The position numbers and the translations under genes are program-made. A stretch of 42,013 bases of DNA from Paracoccaceae bacterium (lineage in GTDB: Bacteria > Pseudomonadota > Alphaproteobacteria > Rhodobacterales > Rhodobacteraceae): positions 1 through 42,013 of the forward strand of contig JAAELR010000446.1 of the NCBI GenBank assembly GCA_024226455.1, written 5' to 3'. This document shows positions 8,468 to 18,363 of this stretch, piece after piece (the stretch's first letter is position 1; every line of letters starts with the position of its first letter). Below the pieces are notes generated by a model. It did no database searches and was not told where the DNA came from. It saw only the letters and a program-made list of their open reading frames with translations.

Positions 8468-9544
8468 ATGATGCGGCTTATCGAACATATGATCGTGATA
8501 GACCGGTTCACCGTCAGCGAGACCCAGCGCGTGCTGGTGCTGCGGCACGGGCGCTTTCACGCCATTCTCGGCGCCGGAGAGCACCGCCTGAAGCGGCGCG
8601 GAACCGAGCGGCATGTCTTCGATGTGCAGGCTCTGCGTTTCGTGACGCCTTTCGAGGATGCCCTGTGGCGCGAGCGCCCGGAACTGGCCCACGCGCATCT
8701 GACGCGCTTTGAGACCGGGGCCGGCGAGCTGGCCGTCATCTTTCGTGACGGTCGTCCCGCAGAGGTGCTGCGGCCCGAAACCCGCGCCACCTTCTGGACG
8801 GACGCGGGGCCCTGGACCGCCGAGACTGTGGACGTGGGCGAGACCCTGGCGGTGCCCGCCGCGATGGCGCGGCGTCTGCAGCGGCTGGTCCGCGTTCCGG
8901 TGACGGCCGTAGAGGTGCCCGAGGGTCATGTGGGCCTGATGAGCGTCGATGCCGAGGCAGGCGGCATTCTGCGGGCCGGTCTGCACCGGTTCTGGGATGT
9001 GGGCCGCAAGGTGGCGGTGGAGCTGGTGGATACCCGCTGGCGGACCCATGACGTGACGGGCCAGGAGATCCTGACCCGCGACCGTGTCACCCTGCGGGTC
9101 AACATCGCGGCGGCGTTCCGGGTCACTGACCCCGAACGTGCGGTGGCCACGGTGAAGGACTTCACCGAGGCGTTGCACAAGGCGCTGCAGTTGGCCTTTC
9201 GCAAGACGCTGGGGGCGCTGACGCTGGACGCGATGCTGGCCGACAAGGTCACCGTCGACGCCGAGGCCGCCGCGGCGGTTCGGGCCGAGATGGCGGAGAT
9301 CGGCATCGAGGTGGGCGAGATCGCGCTGAAAGACGTGATCCTGCCCGGCGAGATGCGCGAGATCCTGAACCAGGTCGTGGCGGTGCAGAAAGAGGCCGAG
9401 GCCAATGTCATCCGGAGGCGCGAAGAAACCAACGCCACGCGCAGCCTGCTGAACACCGCCAAGGTGATGGCCGAGAACCCGGTGATGCTGCGGCTGAAAG
9501 AGCTGGAAGCTCTGGAGGCGATTGCGGCAAGGTCGAACGGCTGA
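8468..9544 (+). CDS. SPFH/band-7 (slipin/stomatin-like) domain protein with an approx. 170-aa non-membrane N-terminal extension
   Basis: C-terminal half matches the SPFH fold (TRDRVTLRVNIAAAFRVTDPERAV..., EIALKDVILPGEMREILNQVVAVQKEAEANVIRRREE). No N-terminal TM helix. Strong SD before ATG 8468. Confidence 0.8.
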   Translation: MMRLIEHMIVIDRFTVSETQRVLVLRHGRFHAILGAGEHRLKRRGTERHVFDVQALRFVTPFEDALWRERPELAHAHLTRFETGAGELAVIFRDGRPAEVLRPETRATFWTDAGPWTAETVDVGETLAVPAAMARRLQRLVRVPVTAVEVPEGHVGLMSVDAEAGGILRAGLHRFWDVGRKVAVELVDTRWRTHDVTGQEILTRDRVTLRVNIAAAFRVTDPERAVATVKDFTEALHKALQLAFRKTLGALTLDAMLADKVTVDAEAAAAVRAEMAEIGIEVGEIALKDVILPGEMREILNQVVAVQKEAEANVIRRREETNATRSLLNTAKVMAENPVMLRLKELEALEAIAARSNG

Positions 9545-9844
9545 CGGTCCATAACGGGACCGAGGGCCTGATGACAGACCTGGTGCGCCTGCGCGATCAG
9601 GGGTGACCAATAGGGCCGGTTCGGGGCAACCCGGGCCGGCCTGTTTCATGGTCCGGGAAAAAGATTCCTCATTGCAAAGTCGCCGGTACCTGTCGATGCC
9701 GGTCCAGTACCTGCTGGCGCATGGGCACCACCGATCGCCGGGCTTCGGCCCGGCAAAGCCGAACTCGGTCAGCGGATCGCGCGAACAGGGCGGCAAGGGT
9801 TGGCCGAGGACATGGGCCGGGGGATCTATCTGATTGGGTGTCGT

Positions 9845-10873
9845 TCAGGTTTCCTGCGGTTGCCAATCTACCCAGCGGCAGTGGAAATCGGCGCGGCCAA
9901 GCTGCAGGCGACGGTCGCCCGGCCAGAGCCGCAGGGTCAGGGCGGCGCCGGACGTGTCGTCGTCAGCCTCCATTCCGAACCAGGCCAGCGGGGCGTCGGG
10001 GGTGGCGCGGGTGCCGGCGGTCTCGATCAGCGCGGTGGCGCGCAACTGGACGGCAGGGGGGAAATACTGCCAGGCGACAGTGTGACATATCAGGTGGGTG
10101 CTGCCCGGGGCGGGATCTGCCAGCCGGGTGGCCAGCCAGTCGGCGGCGTCGGCCTGGTCGACGGTGGCGCGGGCGCCGGCGATGGCGGCGCGGGTACGGT
10201 TCAGGCGGTCCGGCTGGTCGGGCCAGATATAGGCCAGAAGCCGGGTAGTTCGGGCCGGATCGAGCGGGGTCAGGTCGGTGCCGCGGCGCCCGGTCACGGT
10301 TGGCGTGGTGGGTGGTGGCGGCGGGCCTTTCCAGTCTGGGCGAAGGGTCAGGGCGGGTGCGTCCGGGCCGAAGCGGCATTCGCCGATCTGCAGCGTGTAA
10401 CGGTCCCACATCAGGTTCAGCCCGGCGCTGGCGCCAAGCTCGGAGAGTGTGAGCGGCAGGTGGTATTCGGTGGTCAGCCAGTGGCCCAGGGCGATCAGCA
10501 CGGCACTGCGGCCGACCTCGTTGGTTTGCGGCGGGCGGTTGAGCCAGGCGTCGATGCGGGGCGCGTGGGTGGTGAGAGCGGCGTCGATGGCCGACCATAG
10601 GGCATCGTCGGGGGTGGCGGCGTTCGGCGGATAGTGGGCGGCCAGCGCCGGGGCGGCGCCGTCCAGTACCAGCCCGTGCAGCGCACCCGCGATGCGCAGC
10701 GGCACCGACTGGGTCCGGGCCGAGATGTCGCCGGGCCATTGCAGCAGGCGGTCTGTCAGGGGGGTGCCTTGCCGCAGGCGGTCGGCCAGAAGGCGCAACA
10801 GGCGCGCGGTGAAGGGCGAGCCGAGCCGGCGGCAGGCGATCGTCTGGGTACGCAGGGCGTGGCGCAGGCTCAA
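9845..10873 (-). CDS. Hypothetical protein, probably DUF2332 family
   Basis: 342-aa ORF with TTG start overlapping the pth stop (TTGA). Family assignment is from memory of the DUF2332 N-terminal pattern (...GSPFTARLLRLLADRL...) and is not verified. Confidence 0.5.
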   Translation of the reverse strand: MSLRHALRTQTIACRRLGSPFTARLLRLLADRLRQGTPLTDRLLQWPGDISARTQSVPLRIAGALHGLVLDGAAPALAAHYPPNAATPDDALWSAIDAALTTHAPRIDAWLNRPPQTNEVGRSAVLIALGHWLTTEYHLPLTLSELGASAGLNLMWDRYTLQIGECRFGPDAPALTLRPDWKGPPPPPTTPTVTGRRGTDLTPLDPARTTRLLAYIWPDQPDRLNRTRAAIAGARATVDQADAADWLATRLADPAPGSTHLICHTVAWQYFPPAVQLRATALIETAGTRATPDAPLAWFGMEADDDTSGAALTLRLWPGDRRLQLGRADFHCRWVDWQPQET

Positions 10874-11565
10874 CAGAACCGGTCGACGAGTTTTTGCAGG
10901 GTGCTGCGGGTGTCGGGCGCCGGTTCGGCGGGGCGCTCATCAGGCCTTTCGGCCTTCCTCGCTTGGGTTGCGTCCGCCGCGGATTTGGAAGAGCGCGGCG
11001 GCGCGGTGCGCAGGGCGACGGCGTTCATGAAGCGCCCGGTGTCGCCCGCGGCCAGTTCTGCCGCGCCATCCGAGATGCCGCGCATCAGGTCGTCGAGCCA
11101 GTCGGCATCGGCACGCGCGAAATCGTGCAGCACATAGGCAGAGACCCGGTCCTTGTGGCCGGGATGGCCGATGCCGAGACGCACGCGGTTGTAGCCCTCG
11201 CCCAAAGCTGCATGGATCGAGCGCAACCCGTTATGGCCCGCATGGCCGCCGCCGGATTTGACGCGGGTCTTGCCGGGGGCCAGGTCCAGCTCGTCGTGGA
11301 ACACGGTGATCTGTTCGGGGTCGAGCTTGAAGAACCGTGCCGCCGCGGCGACCGACTGGCCAGAGCGGTTCATGAAGGTCCCGGGCTTCAGCAGCAGGAT
11401 CTTGGTCGACCCGAGCCGGCCCTCGGCGATATGGCCCTGGAACTTGCTACGCCATGGCCCGAAACCGTGATCGGCGGCGATGCGGTCGACGGCCATGAGG
11501 CCGATATTGTGCCGGTGGCCGGCGTATTGCGCGCCCGGGTTGCCGAGGCCGACGAAAAGCTTCAT
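10870..11565 (-). CDS. pth: Peptidyl-tRNA hydrolase with an extended acidic/Pro-rich C-terminal tail
   Basis: MKLFVGLGNPG...HNIG..., GHNG motifs of Pth. Conserved rplY–pth neighbourhood. Confidence 0.9.
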   Translation of the reverse strand: MKLFVGLGNPGAQYAGHRHNIGLMAVDRIAADHGFGPWRSKFQGHIAEGRLGSTKILLLKPGTFMNRSGQSVAAAARFFKLDPEQITVFHDELDLAPGKTRVKSGGGHAGHNGLRSIHAALGEGYNRVRLGIGHPGHKDRVSAYVLHDFARADADWLDDLMRGISDGAAELAAGDTGRFMNAVALRTAPPRSSKSAADATQARKAERPDERPAEPAPDTRSTLQKLVDRFC

Positions 11566-11763
11566 GGGGTTTGTCCGGTTGCTCGTGGGTTTGGGCCGCT
11601 ACCTATGCCAGTCGGCGGATGCGTGCAATGGCTGGTCCGGAGCGTCGCAGACGGCGCTCGGCAAGCCCTTTCGGGCTTTTCTCGCCGTCAGGCGAGGTCC
11701 GCGAGGAGCGTTGCGAAGCGAGCGATGAGCGGCTTGTCCAACTGCGGGTGCGGGTTGCCGGGT

Positions 11764-12630
11764 TCAACGGGACCGGGAGGCGCGTCGCAGCGCTACCAGG
11801 TTCGACACCAGCAGGCCCCCGATCACCACTGCGCCGCCCAGCAGAGCCCATGGGCCGGGGTCTTCGCCGATCACCGCCCAGACCAAAAGCGGCGCCAGCA
11901 CCGATTCCAGCAAGATCAGCAGCGACACCTCGGTCGAGCTGATATAGCGCGGGCCCAGAGTCAGCAGGCAGGTGGCGAGGCCAATGAAGGCGCCGTGGCC
12001 GACAAACAGCTGCCAATGCAGCGGGAAGACCTGCCAGGGGTCGGTGAACAGCCCCAACGCAAAGGCCGCCCCGAAATAGGCTGCCGGGATCGCCGGGATC
12101 ATCGAGATGTCACGCACCTTGCGCACCGCGGTCAGCGCCCCGGCATAGGCGAACGAAACATAGAGCGCCCAGAGGTCGCCCTTCCAGGATGCGATGCCGG
12201 ACGATCCAGAGCCGTAAGCGATGATCGCCAATCCCGCCAGCACCACAGCCATGGTTGCCACCATGCGGCGCCGGATCGGCTCGCCCAGGAATACCCGGCT
12301 GAGGATGGCGGCGAAGATCGGGATCGAGGCGAAGATGAAGACGACGTTGGCGACAGATGTGTTGGTGATGGCCAGCACGAACCCCGGAGTGGTCGTGGCG
12401 ATGATCACGGTATAGAGCGCGCCTGCGCGGCCAGAGCCCAGCACGGCGCGAAAACCGCGTGGCCCCTGAAACAGCAGCACGAAGACCAGCACCACGGTAC
12501 CGGCGGTCAGCCCGCGCCAGAAGGCGGTGACCATCGGGTCGGCCCCGATCAGCCGGACAAAGAGCGAATCCGGCACCACGAAGAGCACGCCCACCGTGGT
12601 GATGGCCAGACCTTTGAGATGCGTGTTCAT
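11764..12630 (-). CDS. DMT superfamily (EamA-like) transporter
   Basis: About 10 TM helices with duplicated EamA-type halves. Start chosen at MNTHLKG (ATG 12630) rather than the upstream in-frame extension. Confidence 0.8.
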   Translation of the reverse strand: MNTHLKGLAITTVGVLFVVPDSLFVRLIGADPMVTAFWRGLTAGTVVLVFVLLFQGPRGFRAVLGSGRAGALYTVIIATTTPGFVLAITNTSVANVVFIFASIPIFAAILSRVFLGEPIRRRMVATMAVVLAGLAIIAYGSGSSGIASWKGDLWALYVSFAYAGALTAVRKVRDISMIPAIPAAYFGAAFALGLFTDPWQVFPLHWQLFVGHGAFIGLATCLLTLGPRYISSTEVSLLILLESVLAPLLVWAVIGEDPGPWALLGGAVVIGGLLVSNLVALRRASRSR

Positions 12631-12691
12631 GGGCCAAGCGAGTGCCGGTTTTGCAGGCAAAGTAAAGCCCCCTGTGCCGATGGGCACCGAC

Positions 12692-12720
12692 AAACGAAAA
12701 CGGGGCCCGCCGGGCCCCGT
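12692..12720 (-). terminator. Rho-independent terminator downstream of rplY (minus strand)
   Basis: Hairpin CGGGGCC-CGCCG-GGCCCCG followed on the minus strand by TTTTCGTTTG. Confidence 0.6.
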
Positions 12721-12747
12721 CTTGCAGATCGTCCGGACCGGGACGGG

Positions 12748-13410
12748 CTATTCTTCTTCGGTCGCGGCCTCGTCATGTGCTGTGGGCACCTCATCGGCGG
12801 CGATCGCTTCGCCGTCTTCGTCTTCGTCCTCGGATTTGAGGCCGGACGGCGCCGACACGTTGGCGACCACGAAGTCACGGTCGATCGTCGGCTTGGTGCC
12901 TTCGGGCAGAGTGATCGACGAGATGGTCAACACGTCGTTGATGTCAAGCTCGGACACATCGACGTCGATCTGCTCTGGGATCTCGCCCGCCGTGACCACA
13001 AGCTCGATCTCGGGGCGCACCACGGTCAGCACACCGCCGCGCTTGATCCCGGGAGAAGCGTCTTCGCCGGTGAACTCGACCGGGATGAACAGCTTGACCT
13101 TAGTGGTGCGGTGCAGGCGCATCAGGTCGAGATGCGTGGGCAGATCCTTGACGACGTCGCGCTGCACGCCGCGGCAGATGACGCGCACGTCGTCATGGCC
13201 CTCGACCTGAAGGTTGAACAGCGTTGACAGGAAGCGGCCCTGCTTGAGGCGCTTGAGCAGCACGTTGAAGGGGATGTTGATCGGCAAAGGACCGGTGCCG
13301 CCGCCATAGACGATGCCGGGCACCTGATTGTCACGGCGTGCCTGACGGGCGGCCCCCTTGCCTGTCCCCGTCCTTACCGTGGCCTGAAGATCTGGAATCG
13401 AACCAGCCAT
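12748..13410 (-). CDS. rplY: 50S ribosomal protein L25 / general stress protein Ctc
   Basis: ...[26 protein letters not shown]... N-terminal L25 signature with an acidic C-terminal tail. Start MAGSIPDL at 13410. Confidence 0.9.
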   Translation of the reverse strand: MAGSIPDLQATVRTGTGKGAARQARRDNQVPGIVYGGGTGPLPINIPFNVLLKRLKQGRFLSTLFNLQVEGHDDVRVICRGVQRDVVKDLPTHLDLMRLHRTTKVKLFIPVEFTGEDASPGIKRGGVLTVVRPEIELVVTAGEIPEQIDVDVSELDINDVLTISSITLPEGTKPTIDRDFVVANVSAPSGLKSEDEDEDGEAIAADEVPTAHDEAATEEE

Positions 13411-13859
13411 TGGAATTCTCCTGAAGTTATGGGCATCCTCCAAGGGTGTATGCCCGGTTGAAGCCGCGCTGATAGGTCAGATTCGGGTGAATTGAAAGGG
13501 GGTTCGCGCGTTTCGGCCGTTGTCGACGGTCTCGTGGATAATAGCGCCGGTTTCCGTCTGCGAAAGCCTGGCCCGGGTGGCCTCGATCCCCGGCGCGGCC
13601 CTGCGCGAACCCGGCCGGTGACGGTGCATCCCTGCAGCGCCGGACGGGCGGCGATGGCGCTGGCCGTCTAGCGCGGGGCCGATGATGCCGAAGCGGTCCT
13701 TTGGGGTCATGATCCGCTCAAGGATGATTCTGTCGGGAACCATGCACGACGGTTACGCCATTAACGGTGCGCGACCGTCAAGGTTTGCCGGTGGCCGCTT
13801 GGCAACGGCGGACCGTGCCGATAGGGTCGCGCGATCGCGGTGTTTTCAGGGTTTCGGAA

Positions 13860-15011
13860 ATGTCCATTCTCACAGCTTTGCGCCTGTCGCGAGAGCCCGG
13901 CGCCGGGCTTGCGCTGGTCGGAGTGCTCTGGGGCGGCATCGCTGCCTCGATGCCGGATATCAAGCTGGCGGTGGGAGCCTCGGATGCCCAGCTTGGGTTT
14001 GCCCTGCTGATGTCGGCGGCGGGGGGGCTGCTGGCGATGGCGGTGGCGCCGCGGCTGGGCCGGGCCATGGGGCGCTGGGTCTTGCCGGTGCTGGGGCTGG
14101 CGGCGGCGGCGGGTTTGTGGTTTCCGCTGGCGGCCTGGGACGTTGCGACACTGGGCGCGGCGATGTTCGGGCTGGGCATCTCGGTGGCGGCGCTTGATAT
14201 TCTGACCAATGTCGAGATCAGCGCCCGCGAATCCCGGCACGGGCTGCACCTGATGAACGTGAACCATGCGCTTTTTTCGCTGGCCTTCGCGGCATCGGCC
14301 TATGCCACCGGCCTGGCGCGGCAGGGCGGGGCGGGGCCGGGCGGTATCCTGCCCTGGTTGTCGGGGATTTGCGTCGTGCTGGCGCTGGCGATGTTGTCGG
14401 GCCGCGGCGGCGGGCCTGTGGGAGACGACGCCGATACCGGGACCGCCAAGGCCCGGCCGCCTTGGGTTGCCATCGGGCTGACCGGGGTGATCCTGTTTGC
14501 CGGTTTCGTCGGCGAGAATGCCACCGAAGCCTGGTCGGCGCTGCATATCGAGCGCACGCTGGGGGCGCCGCCGGGGTTTGGCAGCTTTGGCCCGGCGACG
14601 CTGGGGCTGGTGATGGGGATCGGCCGGCTGTCCGGCCAGATGGTGGCAGAGCGGCTGGGCCATGCGCGGCTGATCGCGGCTTCGGCGGTTACCGGCATTC
14701 TGGGTGCGCTGTGCATCGCCGCGGCGCCGACGCCAGGCTGGGCGATCGCCGGTGTCGGAGTAAGTGCGCTGGGAATGGCGGTGATCGTGCCCTCGGTCAA
14801 TTCGATGCTGGGGGCGCGGGTGACCGGGGTGCAGCGGGCGCATGCGCTGTCGCGGGCCTGGATGCTGGGCATTGTGGGGTTCTTCGTCGGCCCGGCGATG
14901 ATGGGCGCGATTGCCGAAGGCTTCGGGCTGCGTATGGCGTTTGCCGCAGTGGCGGTGATGGTGGCGTTGATTCTGCCGGCGGTGCGGCTGCTGCAGCGTC
15001 TGGGGCGCTGA
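13860..15011 (+). CDS. MFS transporter
   Basis: 12 predicted TM helices, Gly/Ala-rich. First ATG of the hydrophobic region is at 13860. Confidence 0.8.
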   Translation: MSILTALRLSREPGAGLALVGVLWGGIAASMPDIKLAVGASDAQLGFALLMSAAGGLLAMAVAPRLGRAMGRWVLPVLGLAAAAGLWFPLAAWDVATLGAAMFGLGISVAALDILTNVEISARESRHGLHLMNVNHALFSLAFAASAYATGLARQGGAGPGGILPWLSGICVVLALAMLSGRGGGPVGDDADTGTAKARPPWVAIGLTGVILFAGFVGENATEAWSALHIERTLGAPPGFGSFGPATLGLVMGIGRLSGQMVAERLGHARLIAASAVTGILGALCIAAAPTPGWAIAGVGVSALGMAVIVPSVNSMLGARVTGVQRAHALSRAWMLGIVGFFVGPAMMGAIAEGFGLRMAFAAVAVMVALILPAVRLLQRLGR

Positions 15012-15159
15012 ACGGCCGGGTCGGCCCCGGCGCCTTGCAAAGCTCCCGCCCGCCCACCCCGCTTCGCAAGGCGCCGGGTACCTGGAGGTTTCGGGCACCA
15101 TCGGGGGGGCTGATGGATTTCCAGCGATAGCGCCTGCCCGCCGCCGGCGCGGGTGGCGC

Positions 15160-16323
15160 CTATTGCCAGCGGCCCCCGAAATCTTCTGGTACCAGCAGCA
15201 CATCGCGGTCAAGCTGGTCCACCCGCCGCCGCCCGCAGAGCGCCATGGTGATGTCGATCTCCTTGTGGATCACCTCCAGCGCTCTGGTCACGCCCTGCTG
15301 CCCCCTGGCCCCCAGCCCGTAGATGAAGGCGCGACCGATATAGGTGCCCCTGGCCCCCAGCGCCAGCGCCTTCAGCACGTCCTGGCCAGAGCGGATGCCG
15401 CTGTCGAGATGCACCTCTATCTTGTCGCCCACCGCGTCCATGATCGCCGGCAGGGCGCGGATCGAGCTAAGCGCCCCGTCGAGCTGGCGCCCGCCATGGT
15501 TCGACACGACTATCGCGTCCGCCCCCACGTTCAGCGCCATCTTCGCGTCCTCGGCGTCAAGGATACCTTTCAGGATCAGCGGCCCGTCCCACATTTTCTT
15601 GATCTCTTTCACCCGTTCCCAATCGAGCTTGGGGTCAAAGCTTTCGGCGGCCCAGGTTGCCAGCGAGGCAAGGTCGCTGACGCCGTCGGTATGACCCACG
15701 ACATTTCCGAAGGTCCGGTGTTTCGTCCCGGCCATGCCCGCGATCCAGCGCCATTTCGTGGCGAGGTTGGCGATATTGCCCAGCGTCGGGCGCAGCGGCA
15801 CGGTCAGCCCGTTCTTGAGGTCCTTGTGACGCTGGCCCAGGATTTGCAGGTCGAGCGTCAGCATCAGCGCCGAACAGCCCGCCGCCCTGGCCCGTTCGAT
15901 GGCACGCCCGGTAAACTTCCGGTCGCGCATCACATAAAGCTGGAACCAGAAAGGTTTGCTGGTGTTCGCCGCCACATCCTCGATCGAGCAGATCGACATG
16001 GTCGACAGCGTGAACGGCACCCCGAACGCCTCGGCTGCCTTGGCTGCCTTGATCTCCCCATCCGCCGCCTGCATCCCCGTCGAGCCCACCGGCGCCAGCG
16101 CCACCGGCATCGATACCTCCTGACCGATCATCTTCGATGCGGTCGAGCGCTCTGTCATGTCGACGGCAACGCGCTGGCGCAGGCGGATCTGGTCGAAATC
16201 GGTTGTGTTCTCGCGAAAGGTCTGTTCGGTCCAGCTGCCGCTTTCGCAATAGTCGAAGAACATCCGCGGCACCCGGCGGCGGGCGAGTTGCTTGAGATCG
16301 TCGATACAGGTGATCACGGGCAT
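15160..16323 (-). CDS. FMN-dependent alpha-hydroxy-acid dehydrogenase (L-lactate dehydrogenase LldD-like)
   Basis: 387 aa. ...RRVPRMFFDY..., ...SNHGGRQLD... are characteristic of the glycolate oxidase/LldD family. Confidence 0.85.
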   Translation of the reverse strand: MPVITCIDDLKQLARRRVPRMFFDYCESGSWTEQTFRENTTDFDQIRLRQRVAVDMTERSTASKMIGQEVSMPVALAPVGSTGMQAADGEIKAAKAAEAFGVPFTLSTMSICSIEDVAANTSKPFWFQLYVMRDRKFTGRAIERARAAGCSALMLTLDLQILGQRHKDLKNGLTVPLRPTLGNIANLATKWRWIAGMAGTKHRTFGNVVGHTDGVSDLASLATWAAESFDPKLDWERVKEIKKMWDGPLILKGILDAEDAKMALNVGADAIVVSNHGGRQLDGALSSIRALPAIMDAVGDKIEVHLDSGIRSGQDVLKALALGARGTYIGRAFIYGLGARGQQGVTRALEVIHKEIDITMALCGRRRVDQLDRDVLLVPEDFGGRWQ

Positions 16324-16468
16324 GAGCTGTCTCTTTCGGCGTCACTGGTAAGGTTGCTTTACCAATCCGGGGCAGGTCTGGCAATGCGTTCCCTGACGCC
16401 TGCGTCTGATATCCACCCCGCGCCCGGGGCGACCGCGGCACACCCGTTGCGCTGGCTGTTTCACCGAG

Positions 16469-17065
16469 TCATTCGGCCTCACGCCGCCTCAGCGCCCGAA
16501 GCGTGTAACGCTGCGCCACCGGGCCAAAGACCTGCGGCTCGAAATCCGGGTCGGTGGGCAGGCATCCGCGGCCGCACAACTGGCGCACGGTACCCGCCTG
16601 GCCATCGATGAACCAAACCCGCCCTCCGGGGGTGGCGACATAGCCGTGCAGCCCCTCGTAACGGTCGCCCAGAACGTCGTCGACAGAGGGTACTTCGCTG
16701 TCGGCATCGGGGTCGAAACCGGCATGGGTGTGAAAGCTGGCCACGACCATGACCGCGCCGGGGGGATCCTCGGGCAGGCAATGGTCGCGCCCGCCGCGGC
16801 GGGCATGGCTGGCGACCAGGTGGCCGGCTGCGTTGAAACCTATGGTGCCGCAGTATTCGCGATTGGACCGGAACGAACCGGCCTGCGCGGCAGAGAGCAC
16901 GCGGCGGGCGAGTTCGGAAACACTACGGTCCTGCGCCGCGGCCGGTTGTGTCGCGCCGAGCATGGCGAGGACGAGCACGGCAAGGCCTAGGCGGTGGCGC
17001 GGCGGCAACAGCGGTGCCGGGCCGTTGCCGGTCTTTTGATAGTCAAAGCTCATCGCGTGCGCCAT
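16469..17065 (-). CDS. Secreted hypothetical protein (signal peptide; possibly DUF4329-like)
   Basis: Hydrophobic leader LGLAVLVLAMLGATQPAAAQ then a His-rich core (SFHTHAGFDPD). Start ambiguous: 17113, or 17065 as chosen here. Confidence 0.45.
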   Translation of the reverse strand: MAHAMSFDYQKTGNGPAPLLPPRHRLGLAVLVLAMLGATQPAAAQDRSVSELARRVLSAAQAGSFRSNREYCGTIGFNAAGHLVASHARRGGRDHCLPEDPPGAVMVVASFHTHAGFDPDADSEVPSVDDVLGDRYEGLHGYVATPGGRVWFIDGQAGTVRQLCGRGCLPTDPDFEPQVFGPVAQRYTLRALRRREAE

Positions 17066-17225
17066 GGCGCCAGCATAGCTGATCGGGGCGCGGTGGTTCA
17101 ACATTTGAGGCACCCGGTTCGGTTGTATCCGCTCGCCGCGCCGAACCTGCCCGCCTGGGCGAAGATTGCCCCGGACCGGCGGGCCAACAGCCGGGGTTGC
17201 ATGTGGTGCGACTTGGTACTACATA

Positions 17226-17237
17226 TTGCGATATCGC
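17226..17237. promoter_or_regulatory. Perfect 12-bp palindrome TGCGATATCGCA 20 bp upstream of the Tat-protein/MarR operon start; candidate MarR operator
   Basis: Read directly. Flanks extend the dyad imperfectly (ATTGCGATATCGCACT). Confidence 0.35.
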
Positions 17238-17256
17238 ACTACTCTGGAGCCGAATC

Positions 17257-18363
17257 ATGAATATCTCAAGACGCAGGGCTATCTTTCTGATGGGTGGTGG
17301 AGTGGTCCTTGCCGCCGCCGCTGGGGCAGGCGGTTTTCTGACCACCCGGACGCCGACCACTGCCATCGCTCCCTGGGGCGCCGCCGGTACCTATACAGAG
17401 CCCAGAAAGCGCGCGTTATCCTACGCGATCCTGGCCCCCAACCCGCATAACCGACAGCCCTGGGTCGCCGAAATGCGCGGCGACACCGGGCTGGCGATCT
17501 GGCGGGACAAAACCCGAAATATCCCCGAAACCGACCCGTTTGACCGGCAATTGACCATTGGCATGGGCTGTTTTCTGGAGCTTTTGCGCATGGCAGGTGC
17601 CGAGGACGGCTGGCGGACCGACACGACGCTGTTTCCCGAAGGCGAGGACGGGCCGGTTGCGCTGATCGATTTCGCCGCCGGAGGAGTCGCCGACCCGCTT
17701 TTCGCCCATGTCCCCGACCGCCACACCAACCGCAATCCCTATGACGACCGGCCGGTTGATGCGCAAGCCGTCGATGCCTTGCAGCAATATGCGACGCTGG
17801 TAACCGAACCCGATGCGGTGTCGGATCTGCGCGAACTGACGGTTGAGGCGATGAATATCGAGATGACCACTCCGCATACCTTCCGCGAAAGCGCTGATCT
17901 GATTCGTTTGGGCAAGGCCGAGATTCAGGCCAATCCCGATGGCATCTCATTGGGCGGGCCATTTCTGGAAAGCCTGATGCTGGTCGGATTGCTGACCCGC
18001 GAGGGTATGGCCGACCCCGACAGCGCACAGTTCCAGCAGGGGCTGGACATGCAGAAAACCAGCCTGACGGCGACGCCGGCCTACGCGGTGATCACCAGTC
18101 CGGGCAACACGCGCCACGACCAGATAGGCGCGGGCGCGGCCTGGCTGCGGCTGCATCTGGCGGCCACGGGGCAGGGGCTGGCGATGCAGCCTGCAAGCCA
18201 GGCGCTGCAGGAGTACCATGAAATGGCAACGCTTTACACCAAAGTGCACGACATGCTTGCCGCACCGGGCGAGACGGTTCAAATGCTTGGGAGGCTGGGC
18301 TATTGTCAGCCCGTGGGCCCCAGCCCGCGCTGGCCATTGGAGAGCTGTCTGAAACATGCCTGA
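17257..18363 (+). CDS. Twin-arginine signal protein, nitroreductase-like (Acg-family FMN-binding protein)
   Basis: N-terminal SRRRAIFLMGGGVVLAAAAGAG is a Tat motif. Family call from the conserved ...ILAPNPHNRQPW... pattern. Confidence 0.7.
   Translation: MNISRRRAIFLMGGGVVLAAAAGAGGFLTTRTPTTAIAPWGAAGTYTEPRKRALSYAILAPNPHNRQPWVAEMRGDTGLAIWRDKTRNIPETDPFDRQLTIGMGCFLELLRMAGAEDGWRTDTTLFPEGEDGPVALIDFAAGGVADPLFAHVPDRHTNRNPYDDRPVDAQAVDALQQYATLVTEPDAVSDLRELTVEAMNIEMTTPHTFRESADLIRLGKAEIQANPDGISLGGPFLESLMLVGLLTREGMADPDSAQFQQGLDMQKTSLTATPAYAVITSPGNTRHDQIGAGAAWLRLHLAATGQGLAMQPASQALQEYHEMATLYTKVHDMLAAPGETVQMLGRLGYCQPVGPSPRWPLESCLKHA

Noticed and set aside
8390-9796. 468-aa minus-strand ORF overlapping the SPFH gene
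   Set aside because: Antisense to a gene with clear SPFH homology. No recognisable motifs.
10894-13227. 777-aa ORF on + strand
   Set aside because: Overlaps pth, the DMT transporter and rplY on the opposite strand. Composition-driven artefact.
13761-15212. 483-aa minus-strand ORF and other ORFs overlapping the MFS gene
   Set aside because: Arg/Pro-rich junk translation. The MFS frame has a coherent TM pattern.
15163-16611. 482-aa plus-strand ORF opposite lldD-like gene
   Set aside because: Antisense artefact. The LldD frame has strong family motifs.
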